Part shown: positions 49,766 through 61,930 of the stretch, piece by piece
Numbering within the stretch: the first letter of the stretch is position 1
Layout of the letters: every line of letters starts with the position of its first letter
Translations under genes and position numbers: made by a program
NCBI RefSeq assembly: GCF_018350175.1
Contig: NC_058368.1
Coordinates: 28,274,001-28,338,000, forward strand
Origin: Felis catus
Lineage: Eukaryota
Direction: 5' to 3'
DNA length: 64,000 bases
The notes under the pieces: generated by a model
The model's input: only the letters and a program-made list of their open reading frames with translations
What the model was told of the DNA's origin: nothing
Databases searched by the model: none

Positions 49766-52293
49766 GTTTTTAAAAAGAAAGCTAAGCAGTTTTTCTCAGC
49801 ACAGGTAAGTAAACTGTAAATTCTTTTGGTCTATTAGAAATTACCTTGATTTTATGTTCACTCCTGAGGAATAGTTTATAAGCACATGCCATTCTAGATC
49901 TGACTTTAACCAGCACTGGAAGATATCATTCTTTTATCTCTGGACTTCTGTCACAACAGCGAACTGCTGTGAGTCAAACTGCCGCTTTACAGGTAATCCA
50001 CCTGTTCTCTCTGGTTGTTTTTGAGATGATCGCTTTGCAGTTGTTTCTATAAACGGCGTGGTGCGTGTGTGCACACATACGCATTAAATGCAACGTATAT
50101 ACAGAATTGCATAGATCTATACCAACAATTTAACCACCATTCAAGGCAAGAAACAGAGGACTACTGACACCACATTAGCCTCCTGTATATCATACGTCTG
50201 TCTGCCCCAGGAGTAATCACTAACCCGACTTTTATGGTAACCATTTCCTAGCTTTTGACCCTTTCAGACCGACGTCTAACAGTAACTTACAACAGCTAAT
50301 CCAAGCTTGGAAACATCTTATTTTCGCACAATTGCTGTATATAGCATAAACTGGTAATGTGGCGGTCTCTAGGAGGGCTGCTTGGTGGCCGGACAGCAGT
50401 AAGGACTTGTTACCATATGTCCTTATGCCTTTTAGAATTGCATCATCATTTGCATGTATGGCCCTTTGGAAAAAGATAAATAACAATACAGAAATAAAAG
50501 GGGTGTCAAGGATAAGCACATGGCAGCAAGACAAAAAAATTTTTTTTTAAGTATTACGTGTAAATTATTATGAGTAGTTGCCTGGGAGGAGAAATTGGAT
50601 GGAATATCAAAACATCCTCTTGAACGCATCGAACAGCTTATATATAGATTATCGAGGAATCAATGGATCAAAATCTAACACAAGTGAAGAACCCCAGCAG
50701 GTAAACTCAGCACTTAATACCACCTTTTTGTCGTAGGAATGTTTGCCAAACCTGAAGAAAAAACCGTGATACAGACTAGTGTTTTGGCCGCCTCATCAGC
50801 GTTAGAAAAGCAAAAGTCATTTCTCTCCACCCGTTCTAACAAAGGGATTCTCAAAAACCACCCCCTTTTAGCTGGAACCCTGAGGGGCTGCACCCTTCAT
50901 ACGTGGGCCCCACCCCAACGTGCAGCACAATTTCCAGCCACCTGACTTATTCAGAAAACTTTGAGGCTTGAATTTAAGTTAAGGAGCTCCAAAACTAGTT
51001 GTGTGCCCAGGCACCTGGCAGACGCAGAGGAAAGTCCCCCCCCTCCCCAGAGGAAAATACCACCATCCCAGGCCTTCCCTCTCTAGACAATACAGATAGG
51101 TTAAAAGTGGCAGAGTTGTGATTTTAAATCAAGCTCTTTTGACCCTAGAGCCTACGTTCTTCAACTTTACTAAACTGCCATGGGAGAAATTAGGGATATA
51201 TGGGAAAGAAGGTCGCCTAATCCAAAGTTAGGAGGTGTTGAGATTTCTTACAAAACTTGCAGAAGTGATCAGCCAGCACGACAGATGTGTCCAAGGACAA
51301 GCACAATCTTGTTCGTGGAAAGGGTCTAGTCCCTTTTTAGACACAGTCAATTTGGGGAGAGCAAGCTGAAATCTGCTGCTAATTTCTACCTTACTGACCC
51401 TTACCTGGTCCTCTAGGGCCACAAGTGTCCATCTGTCTCCACTGACAGACCTTTGTATGTTTAAGGATGGTTTTGAGGTCATCCCTCCCTCCCCTGCCTC
51501 GCCTTCTCCAGGCCAAGCGGCCTTTTGTCTTCCGGTGAAAACTCAATTAAATCGTTTTTATTTTTAGCTCCTTCAGCATTAGACAGTCACGAATGTCGAT
51601 GGTTCAGTTTATGTCCTTCGTAAAATGGTATCTGGGATTAAACTTAAAACTCTAGGCATGGTCTATAAAGCACAGGGTCAAGTAAGACTATCACTCACCA
51701 TGCCACAAGTTTAAAACCAACTGCCACAGTAGAAAAAACCCGCATTACTGCAGTACAGACAACTATAAACACTTTCTTTAAGCATCTGAGTGAGAGCTAT
51801 CTAAGATGCCTACATATTTTTCAAGATGTGTCACAACTCCTCAGGTTCTAGCCAAACTGGTCTTTGGTTCTTCAAATAAGCCACAAGCCTTCTCAAGGCG
51901 TGTTTGCTCTACTGAAAAAGCTCTCTACCTCCCTGAACCACCCTGACTCCCTTTGCCTGGTTGGTTCCCACTGGGCTCAACCCTAGCTTATGCCTCAGCA
52001 TCACATTTTTAGGGAAGCCCAATTAGGCTCCTCTGTTTTAGGTTCCCATCACCCTTGCAACAGTAAATATTTTTATAATTACTCATTTAATGACTCTTCT
52101 TCACTAAACAATAAACTTCATAGAGGCAGGAACTAATATTAGAGCATTTCCCCCCTCCCCAAACATATTCCACTCCCAAAAGGGCACTGGCAATGGCATA
52201 CTTTCTCTCCCTGCAGCCTTTTAGGACTCTTGATATAAGCCTTAAAGGTCTCTCACCTCCCACTACCCTGTACTTACTTACACAGAACTAATT

Positions 52294-52505
52294 GGGGCGC
52301 CTGGGTGGCTCAGTCGGTTAAGCGTCCAACTTCAGCTCAGGTCATGATCTCACGGTTTGTGAGTTCGAGTCCCGCATCGGGATCTGTGCTGACAGCTCAG
52401 AGCCTGAAGCCTGCCTTGGATTCTGTGTCTCCCTCTCTCTGTTTCTCCCCCACTCGTACTCTGTCTCTCTCTCAAAAATACATCAAGATTTAAAAAATTT
52501 AAAAA
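52294..52505 (+). mobile_element. CAN-SINE (SINEC_Fc type)
   Basis: ggggcgcctgggtggctcagtcggttaagcgtccaacttcagctcaggtcatgatctcac; flanks aactaat. Confidence 0.94.
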
Positions 52506-53269
52506 CTAATATTCACCTCCTGCCTTACTAGAGCACTTAGCCATTTGGTCTACTGGGGCATTACTGGATCAGACTCATTCAACATACTGACTCTCTCTCC
52601 CCAGCTCTGTATCCATTGCAGACTCTGCCATTTAACCAGGGAACACTTCTGGAAGCCACAGCTTCTTAGGGTTCAAGGCAGTGAAGAGGTCAGCTGGCTT
52701 GCCCAAACTTAGGCAACTTAAGTTTGCCCAACATTTGCCACAATGCTTCTGAGGTGATTCGAAGACATATAGGTTGGAAAAGCTATTGTAACATTTTAGT
52801 CTCCCCAGAATCCACATGCCCCACAACTACCCATATTGTTATAAACAGAAAAAGAGATGAGGTTGATTTCATACCTAAGGAATTCTGGCAGCTTCTTCCT
52901 TTTTTTTTTTTTTTTTTAAAAGCCTTGCTCTGACTCTTCAGGAGTCTACATCATTGTCAGCCCTTATGGGATCTCTAAGCACCAATTCCTGTGTTCATAG
53001 GATTTATGTAACAGGGAGAAAACTAAGTTAATATCAAGAAAGTCATAAAAAAAAATTATTTGGAGGAAACCATTTGAGCCCAAAATATTCAATTTGTAGA
53101 AGTATGAAAACAGAACCTCCCCACATTTAGAGGAAAATGTCAAGTCATGGTTCAGTCACAAGGACGACCAAGGGGGGAAAAAAAACAGGTTCAGAAGTTC
53201 CTTGTCCTAGTTTATTGCAATTGTTTGAATACCATCCTTGGAAATGGAATTGTTACTGTGTAATGCTTC

Positions 53270-53600
53270 ACAATGCTCTTAGACACCCCTGGTTTGTATA
53301 TTCCAACACAATCTTCACCCAAGGCGGTATAAAACAGCTCTACATCCAATGGCCTGTGGTACATCATGTGCTGACCCTCTAGACAAACACTGACCTACCT
53401 ATTTAACAAGTCTTTGGCAACACATTCGCAAAATGTCAAGAAGCCACAATTGTTCATTCCTTTGTCCATATAAAATGCCTTGTTAAAATACAGATACTAG
53501 GTTTCTGGTATTCTAATAGCCAGTTGCGTAATTCTATTGAAAAAAAGAAATGGACATCTGATACAATCTGCTTTCAGTAAACCTGTGATCTCTCCCCTTC
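53270..53600 (-). mobile_element. Ancient CR1/L3 reverse-transcriptase fragment
   Basis: Minus strand of aaatgccttgttaaaatacagata reads YLYFNKAF, close to the CR1 YLDFSKAF motif; nearby ttcagtaaacctgtg fits the preceding GF motif. Confidence 0.5.
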
Positions 53601-53795
53601 TTTCTTGTCTACATAAAAAAACAAAGCAGAACTGTGCTTTTAAACAACTAGGATGTGTCTTTTGCTCAGGAGCAATAAACTCAAGTTTATAATTTCTAGA
53701 ACCTTTCTCTCCTCTTTGAGCAATCCTGGAGAATGGAAGAGTTGCTAGAGTATTGTCCAGTGTTGCTAAGCATGTTATCTCCCCTGCTTTAAGTC

Positions 53796-54115
53796 AGAGG
53801 TTGCATCACAAACACTGATAGGGTCCCAATGGGCAACAGAAACGCGCCCAGTGCAGCAGGTCATGCTGGAGGCAAAAAACCCTAAGCCCAGACTAAAGTG
53901 GCCATCATTCGGCTCCTGACAAACTGTCACCACAAAGTCCAATGGGTGTTTCCAGAGCTTCAGAGCTTTCCAGAGCTAAATTTCAAGAGAAGCTGAAATA
54001 CAAAACATACCCAAATGTGACATCTCCTTATTTTTAAGTGTTAATAATTAGCTCTCACATTGGGCCAAACCATTTCAATGGGCAGATATCGTACACAGGA
54101 TCGTTTAAACCCTCA
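53796..54115. mobile_element. MER45-like hAT MITE relic
   Basis: tttcaagagaagctgaaatac...aatgtgacatctccttatttttaagtgtt...tgggccaaac. Confidence 0.45.
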
Positions 54116-55173
54116 CTCTAAGCTAACAAGTCTATTTAGGTGTCTGTTTAAAGGGCGGGGGGGGGGGGGGGGGTACCAAAAAGTCAAATTTGGAGCTCTG
54201 ATTCTCTCTTGAAAAAACGTTTATTTTTATCTCTTTCCAATCTAAAATATTACCGTCCTTGCCCTAGAGCACAAAAGTAAAAGGAGGTGATTACAAGCCT
54301 ACCAAGGAAGGAAAAAAGAATGTAACCACCACTCCCAAGGAGTAAGCTTCACACATTCTTTGCTCCTGCTGTAAACACAATGCTGCGAAAAGCTCTTAGA
54401 TTTTCTCTTACCCTTTTTGCACAATAGCATTCCTCCTTGGATATGTGACCTCTTTCCACCTTTCACAATTTGAAAAATCTGCACTCACTCTTCAGGTCCC
54501 ATCCCTCACCCTCCTCCCTGTCCCAGCCAAGACAGACTGCAAATGAGCCCAATGTGCAAAACTGAGCCCTTTCTCCTTTTTGGAATTACAGGCTAAGGAA
54601 TCTTGCTTACTTTTTCTCAGCATTTTCTGAATTGTTTTTTTGGTGACCGGGATCCACTCATGCCCAAGTCATTATCTGCTATCGTCACCTCCTAGCATTT
54701 TGCAACATTCATACAAAGCTAGAAAATCACTCCCTAATTTCTGGTCTTTATATACCTAAGTCAAATTCCATTAGCAACAAACAGTTAGCATCTAACTTTT
54801 AAGCGCCTGATGCTACATGGCATGACAAATATGCTCTCTATATCCTACAGAAGGAGTGCTGGATCCAGGTCAGAAGAATTCCCTACCACGCAAGCATAAT
54901 ACTCTACGGGGCACTCAAATACAGAACAGACTGGGCCAACAGCCTTTGAAGTCACTTATGTCAGCATCAGAGGCACCTGAATATGTAGCTAGAATCTAGT
55001 GTCCGACTAAAAATACCTAGCCTCTCTCGTTCTTGGAAGCCATGTTAGAAGCGTAAGGATCGTGCAATGAGTCTTCTATCGTGGAAGTTCCACTTGTATG
55101 CCTTTGTTTAGTTCAGAACAGAGAAGTTAACAAGATATTACAGAATGGAAACGAAGGCCAGGCATCTCTTAAG

Positions 55174-55179
55174 TTTATT
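55174..55179 (-). terminator. Candidate distal polyadenylation signal AATAAA
   Basis: TTTATT on plus. Downstream on minus reads ...CCTTCGTTTCCATTCTGTAATATCTTGTTAACTTCTCTGTTC (U/GU-rich). Proximal alternatives at 58129-58134 and 58220-58225. Confidence 0.55.
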
Positions 55180-58100
55180 GGAGAATTCTTAGTTGGGAGA
55201 GGAAAGATCACAGACAAATAATTCATAAAAGATAAAAAGAACAATTAATTGCAAATTATTACAAAAGTAATTTCTGAAATGTTTATTTTGAGCCACTGCA
55301 AAAACAAAATTATAGTGCATCCTGAAGTTCGTATTTTGATAAATGAACATATTAAATGACTGAAAAGCCAAAAAAAGTCACCGTTATACAAGATCTTAAT
55401 GTAGTAATTCTGCACAAATAAACAGCTACGATTACTCAAAGCTGCTTTTACTATATATATATATTAAACAAGAATGTGAATTACTTCAAACACTGCACAA
55501 GTAACCAAAGTTAGCAAATCCAGCAATATTAAAACCTGATATTAAATAGTATTCAAACATTACAGCAAAAACAAAACAATGAACTTCTAGAACTACAATC
55601 CTACCCATGTGAAAGGAATGTACAGAGATGGAAAAAACAATAATAAATAAATAAAGTGACAAGAGTGACCAACACTGCATCTGCGTCTTCAGAGCAGGAA
55701 TCCAGTAAGTGAGTAAATGTGTGCAGGGTCTTTTGCTAAAAATGGAAATAAAAATGCATTTCACTTTTCGCTTTAGTATAATCACGTAATTCCCACTGAT
55801 GCTCTAACTGTCTTGTGCTGGTGACAGGTGGGCAGGGTTTTCAGTGGAAAGCATTTTCCCTACACCCTGAGTGTGGATGCATTAATATATTTTTTTAAAA
55901 CTGTGGAAAGTTTCTTTTGAGAAATATAAAATTTAAAGCAATATACTGATGGGAAAGTGATAGTTATTTGTGAAAGAATACTACTAGCTAAATAATTAAC
56001 TAAGAAGACATCTGACTCTGGACTCTGATGATGAGTCAGGGTTAAGGTCTGCGACTGGGAAATGTGCACTGATGTCAAAGCCATGTGAGTAAATGATCTT
56101 TCACTTTATACATGGTACATTTAATAAGTAATTAAATTCTCCTGCCAGCAACATAAAACCCTTATTTAAGCAAAATGGAAGTATTATGAATTGAATTAAT
56201 TCACGTCAAATATCTGAAAGGGTAAGTGGAACATTTTTCAAAGTAGAAAGATGTTATCACGTATATTCACCGAGTGAATACTCTCAGAGGTTTTATTACT
56301 TCATTAAATTCTATCAACCATCCCAATAGATATTTTAATTTTCTTCTGTGATTTACAAATGAATCATTCATTTTGTATAAATCAGGAAGTATTTTCAAAA
56401 TCAACATTAATAACATCCAAAATATAAATGTAGTTTAAACGTGGCTTGGGAAAAGACTATCAAAGAATTGCTACATTTCGGTCTAAAATAATGTTCTAAA
56501 AAAAAAAACCACCTATCAGAAGGCCTCGTCCACTTTCTTCCCACAGATCCTTCAAGGGTTCTGAAACTGATAAACAGAATTCAACTCAACACACATCACA
56601 ACTTAACAGTTCTGAATAAGACATGGTAATTTCCTAAGAGCCAAAATGCACAGAATGGCAAGATCACAATGTTATATAATACAAATAGGTCAAGGAGATC
56701 TGTAATAAAATAAGACGGGTAGTCCTCAACAAACAGAGCTGTTCTGAAGACTGGGCAACCAAACAGACGGAACATGTCTTTGGAATAATCACAAAGTGCC
56801 TTTAAAGAATGTGAGTTTAGACTGCACTTGATTAAAAGATACTTCTCTCCCTACAAGGAGCTTTAACTCACGCTTCTTTTCACATCTGCCAATACTTAAT
56901 ATTTTTCTCTATGCCCCTGCGTGAAACTGATACAGGGGTAGAGTTCCACTAGGATTCTTACCATGCATGCTAACTAACACCTAAAGACTGGTCTGTCCTT
57001 ACGTCGTGGCTAAATCAGGGAACTCTGAATCCAGCAAAGCTCCAGGTAAATGCAGAGAAAACAGAGACAGGAGGAAAATCTTCAAAATGATTTCTACCAT
57101 AATAGAAATAAACATAAACACTTTCAAGCACAGAAAGTTTTAACGAAACTAATATATTTTCACTTTAGCTGAAAAGAAAGTCAGAACACAATTTGGCTGT
57201 TAATCACACCCATACATATATCCAAGTTACTAGACACAACTTGATAGTTATATACTTGTAAAAATTCAATCCAAGCTTAATAAGCAGTAAATCCGTGTTA
57301 TCATCAACCCAGGTGCCAGCATGTATAAACCCAGTCCAGTGCTGCTAAATCTCAAGTTCTGAGAAGCAAAAGACAGAAACAATTCTGGTTATATACATTT
57401 CCTGCATTTCTCCACCTTAAAAAATACTTGAAGAAACTTTAGGCAAATTTATTTTTAAGGCTCACTCCATTTCTGTATCTTAAGTTGAGAAAAACCAAAG
57501 CTTACAATGTAATCTCAAAATATTTAAGTGGCTTTTGGTATTTTTCTTAAAAAGCAAATTTTACTCTCTCATTACAAAATACATTTCTCTACCATAATTA
57601 TTAATTCAAATTAATGTAAGTGCCCTTATTCCTTGCCCCTTGGTGGGTGCTATGTCTTCTACACTTTGTGCAGCTTCCAGAACAGTCAGTGCTCAGGGAA
57701 AAAGAAAATGCAATGGCAGGAAAAAAGAAAATGTAATGGAGTAAAACCAAAGCCCCCAACAAAAGGTGATTTACTCTAGATTATAAAATCCACTAATGGA
57801 AGAACCAAAAACTCACACGCGCATACCCTCACGTACAATACCAAGACACAAGCGCTATTCGAGTCAACTTGCAGTTTCTAAAGACAAGGAAGTAAAAAAA
57901 CACAGAGCCCAGAAAAATCATGTCAGTCAACTTTACAAAACAGTGCAGATACTATTTTATCGGGGAGAGGGAGCCTGGGCATCCCTTCTTTTTCTAGAAA
58001 AAGCTCATCCTTGCTAAGAAGAGAGTTGTTTGTTTTTCAAAAATCCAACAATGAAAATCATTATTGGGCTTCTCTAAATGCATTTCCATATTAACATTAA

Positions 58101-58320
58101 TTTTTAAAATTTTAACATGTTTTGCACCTTTATTTTCATTTATAGGATAAATTAGGGACGCAAAATAGTTAAAAAAAACCAAGAAATAAAAATTCTTACT
58201 GCACAATCTTTATAGACATTTTATTTTAAAGCACCTTTTAAATGTCAACAGTGGGTTTCTAACCAAGAAAACAGTAAAATAAAAAAGGGCACAAACCCAC
58301 TAGGCAAGTCAAAAGTATTC

Positions 58321-58324
<4 letters not shown>

Positions 58325-58363
<39 letters not shown>
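58325..58363. repeat. (CA)n microsatellite inside the probable 3' UTR ((UG)n in the mRNA)
   Basis: Direct. Confidence 0.95.
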
Positions 58364-58366
<3 letters not shown>

Positions 58367-58986
58367 TCATGCCAGATGGATTGGCAACATTAGCAAATAA
58401 TGTCATTTAATGAAAGGCTGGGGAAACTATCATTTACGGTATTTAGAGAAACCTAAAATACTAATGTTTCTAAGAAATTAAATAGTTTGGGGGGATTCAA
58501 AAAGCTACCAATAGCTGAGCTATGAAAATAAAAATGACTTTTAAAAATAAGAAAAAAATTCTATTGGGGGAAGAAAAACCATTAGCCTCAAAGCTATTTT
58601 GTCAGATTAGTTCTTAACAGGATAGCATTTGTCTGCAACGTCCTTGGCCGCCTGGGTGCGGTTCATAGCAGCATTAACTTGGATGCAAAAAGAATGCTGT
58701 CAGTCAGTGTCCCTGAAAACGTCATGGTCAGACCTTCCGTCAAATCAGTGTTCTTAGGATCTTAACACACTATGCACGTGTCTAGAAGAATAAATGAAGA
58801 TCATATTTGACAGAGATTACAAAAGTATGAACTATATATATACAACGTGGGATGACGGAATGCGCTTTTAAAAAGCTCTATCTACTTCCCTCCCAGTTCA
58901 CGGTAAGTGTTAACAGTTTACCCTATGCATCCTTATCTGTTACTTCCTCTCCCCAAACAATAAAATGGACCGGCTGCGAGTTTGTT

Positions 58987-59127
58987 CTATGCGTTTTCCA
59001 AGAGCCAGTCAAACAGTGACTTGCACCTCTCCTCCCCAGGCGTCTTCTCCCGCATGTCATAGTACCGCAGCACAGCCTGCAGGAGGTCCCCCACCTTCCA
59101 TCCCTTTCCTTGTAGTCGTTTTGAAAG
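58987..59127 (-). CDS. Terminal coding exon of an unidentified gene; PARG C-terminal-like peptide LSKRLQGKGWKVGDLLQAVLRYYDMREKTPGEERCKSLFDWLLENA*
   Basis: Strong acceptor on minus strand (gcttttctttcttcctag|CTT). 141 nt = 46 codons + TAG. Phase 0 matches the donor of the upstream exon. GC/CpG-richer than the AT-rich flanks. Confidence 0.85.
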   Translation of the reverse strand, partial: LSKRLQGKGWKVGDLLQAVLRYYDMREKTPGEERCKSLFDWLLENA

Positions 59128-59200
59128 CTAGGAAGAAAGAAAAGCATGTCCAACATTAACCAAAGACAATTTTCTAACAATCAAGTTTTCATTTTTATTT

Positions 59201-59428
59201 ATTTTTTTTTTTTAATTTTTTTTTTCAACGTTTATTTATTTTTGGGACAGAGAGAGACAGAGCATGAACGGGGGAGGGGCAGAGAGAGAGGGAGACACAG
59301 AATCGGAAACAGGCTCCAGGCTCTGAGCCATCAGCCCAGAGCCCGACGCAGGGCTCGAACTCACGGACCGCGAGATCATGACCTGGCTGAAGTCGGACGC
59401 TTAACCAACTGCGCCACCCAGGCGCCCC
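59201..59428 (-). mobile_element. Young full-length feline CAN-SINE in the last intron
   Basis: Most CpGs intact, long T tail, TSD tcatttttattt on both sides. Confidence 0.95.
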
Positions 59429-59874
59429 TCATTTTTATTTTTAATATCCGGTAACTGTAAGAATCCTGCTGCCTGTGGTTAAAATATTATTCCCCAGTTT
59501 TATAATGAAGTCTCTTCTCCACTAAATCACCACCCCTCTTGCTTCCTGCCTTTGACAAACACATCTCCTTCACAAAATGACACTTTGGGATTGTTGGGAG
59601 ACAGAACTCCACAAACCTCACCTACCAGATAGTCTGTGTGGGAGTCTAGTCTCCATTTCTACACCAAATTCTTGACCTAACTAAATACATCTGCCACACC
59701 CTCAATCAGGAACATAAAATAATAAAGATAATGTCAATCTTAATAGAAAGATGTGGATTTTTCCTTTCACAACATGCAGTGTGGCTTTTTTCTGGAATAC
59801 ACACTCTGGCCTCAATGGAAACATGGCTTTCTAAGTTAAGAAATGTTAGTGTTTTGACAAAAACCAACCAAAGT

Positions 59875-59985
59875 AAATAAATATTGTGGTGATCATTTCA
59901 CAATATATACAAATATCAAATCATTATGGTGTATACCTGAAACTAATATAATGTTATATTTCAATTACACCTCAATTTTTTTAAA
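59875..59985 (+). mobile_element. Old L1 (L1MA-like) 3' terminus
   Basis: gtggtgatcatttcacaatatatacaaatatcaaatcattatggtgtatacctgaaactaatataatgttat. Confidence 0.8.
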
Positions 59986-60109
59986 AAGTAAATACAGGTT
60001 TAAATAAACTCTATTGTCACCAGAATCAGAACACGTCTTCATTCATTTTTTTTTCTCTTTAGTCCTGTAAAAACCAATTTTGTAATATAAATATGCTTAA
60101 CCTTTTTAA

Positions 60110-60672
60110 AAAGTATCCTTTCAGAGATATAATTCACAGAGCATACACTTCATCCACTTAAAGTTTACTAGTCAATGGTTTTTAGTATACTCCCCCCCGT
60201 TGAATGTAACTCTTACCACAATCGATGTTAAAACATGTTTCATTCACTACACCAAAAGGAAAGCTCTACTTATTAGTAAACATGTCCCATTTGTCACAAA
60301 CCACTCAACTCTAGGCAATCACTAATCTACTCCAGTCTCTATAGATTTGCCCACTTTGGCCATTTCATGTAAATGTAACCATAAAACATATGCTCTCCGG
60401 CGACCAGTTTCTTTCACTTAACATGACTTCAAGGTCCCTCCATGGTGCAGCATACATGTACTTCCTTCCTCTTTACTGACAGATAATATTCCACTGCATA
60501 TATTACATTTTATTTATCCATTCCAGGATGTTTCCACTTTGGGCCTATTATGAATAATGTTGCCGTGGACATGTGTTTTCACTCCCCTTGGGTATATACC
60601 TAGGAGTGGAATTGCTGGGTTATAGGATAATGCTAGGTTTAACTTTTTGAGGAACTTCCAGAAAGTTTTCCT
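60110..60672 (-). mobile_element. Old L1 (L1MB-like) 3' fragment
   Basis: ctaggcaatcactaatctactccagtctctatagatttgcc...gggtatatacctaggagtggaattgctggg...tttgaggaacttccag. Confidence 0.82.
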
Positions 60673-61449
60673 AGGTTACTTGGGGAAGAGGTCCCTTGCC
60701 CCAAGCACTAACATGCTCACGCTCAGTTCTACTGAAGGCCTTCCTTAGCTCTCAGTTTATCCATGACTAAATGACTTGAAAATGTTTGCCTCTCTACAGT
60801 CAGTTCTAACACTTTTCCTACCCATTCCTTCTCCCTGACAATTCATTCCTTGAGCATCTCTTTCTGTCTTATTTTCTCCTTCTGCTCACAAACAGAAACC
60901 TAAACTAGAAAACTCCAAAAAGTCCAAGTAAAAACAAATTACAAAATGCCCAAAAAAATTATTTTTACCAAATGCCTTTTTCACATACTTCTTTCAACAA
61001 TATCTTTGTAAATCCCAAACCAGGAATCAAGAGTAACTGGATTGTTCCTTTTTTGTTATTACAGATCAATATATACTGGTTACTCATTTGACTATTCTAT
61101 ACCTATAAGAAGATTAAACTAAAATTCTGGTAAGCAAAATTCTGGGCCAAAAACCTTAACACTATAAACCAAAACTCTTGACTAACAAGGTGCCTGGCAA
61201 ACAGTTAAGTAAGTTCTCAATAAAGACATCCTATTAATGCATCAAATCTGACTGTTCTATTATTAGAGCCCTATTAAGTCCTCAAAGTGGTTCATGATCC
61301 CTTATGAGATGTTTAAACCTTTACTGGCTTTTGAGTATGCTAGTGTCTCCCACTAGAGAGGCTAGATTAACAGAGTAGGAGACATACTAATTACAAGGCA
61401 CAATTATGAATCAATTTAAAACAAAGAATAACTCAGTTTTTGCATACGA

Positions 61450-61680
61450 ACACATGTTTATTAACGGCACCTAACTTGGAGTACTTAGGATGTGCCAGAC
61501 ACTAGATTAAGCATCTTTTTACATCCTCACAAAAGCTCTGTGAGGTAAACTCCACAGTCATTTTCACAGTGCAGTTAAGGACACGGAGACTGGGGAGCCT
61601 GCCTGTGGTTATGGCACAGCGGACATCTGGACCCAACTATGAGACTCTACCACCTAAACGTTTACGCCCTCTGCTATCAA
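61450..61680 (-). mobile_element. MIR
   Basis: tgtgccagacactag...atcctcacaaaagctctgtgaggta...cattttcacag. Confidence 0.6.
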
Positions 61681-61769
61681 GGGGCATCTTACTAGACCAA
61701 CCACGTGACACAGAGCAGCACGTACGGCGAAACGTATCCTCACAAACACTCTGTACGGCAGGTCCTTAC

Positions 61770-61930
61770 TTGTATAAACTCCTTCTTCGCAGAGTCATGA
61801 AGACAAAGTTCTGCCACTTCAGCCTCCGAAGCGACGAGCCACTGAAGGATAATCCTTAGCTGGGGGTCTACTGTGCACGGCTCCATGTCGATATTTGTAA
61901 TGAGCAGAATCTTTCGGTCTTGCTCCAAAC
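61770..61930 (-). CDS. Internal coding exon of the same gene: (G)LEQDRKILLITNIDMEPCTVDPQLRIILQWLVASEAEVAELCLHDSAKKEFIQ
   Basis: Acceptor aatattag|GT and donor CAA|gtaagg. 161 nt (2 nt + 53 codons), open, and joins in frame to 59127 across a 2642-nt GT-AG intron. CpG-retaining codons. Confidence 0.85.

Larger units (their letters stand above)
55150..58986 (-). other. Probable long 3' UTR (~3.8 kb) of the minus-strand gene
   Basis: Follows the TAG at 58987-58989. AT-rich with no recognisable young SINE/LINE insertions. Ends near a minus-strand AATAAA with U/GU-rich sequence downstream. Confidence 0.55.

Noticed and set aside
58923..59180. 85-aa ORF MLENCLWL...
   Set aside because: Wrong frame over the terminal exon; starts in the intron.
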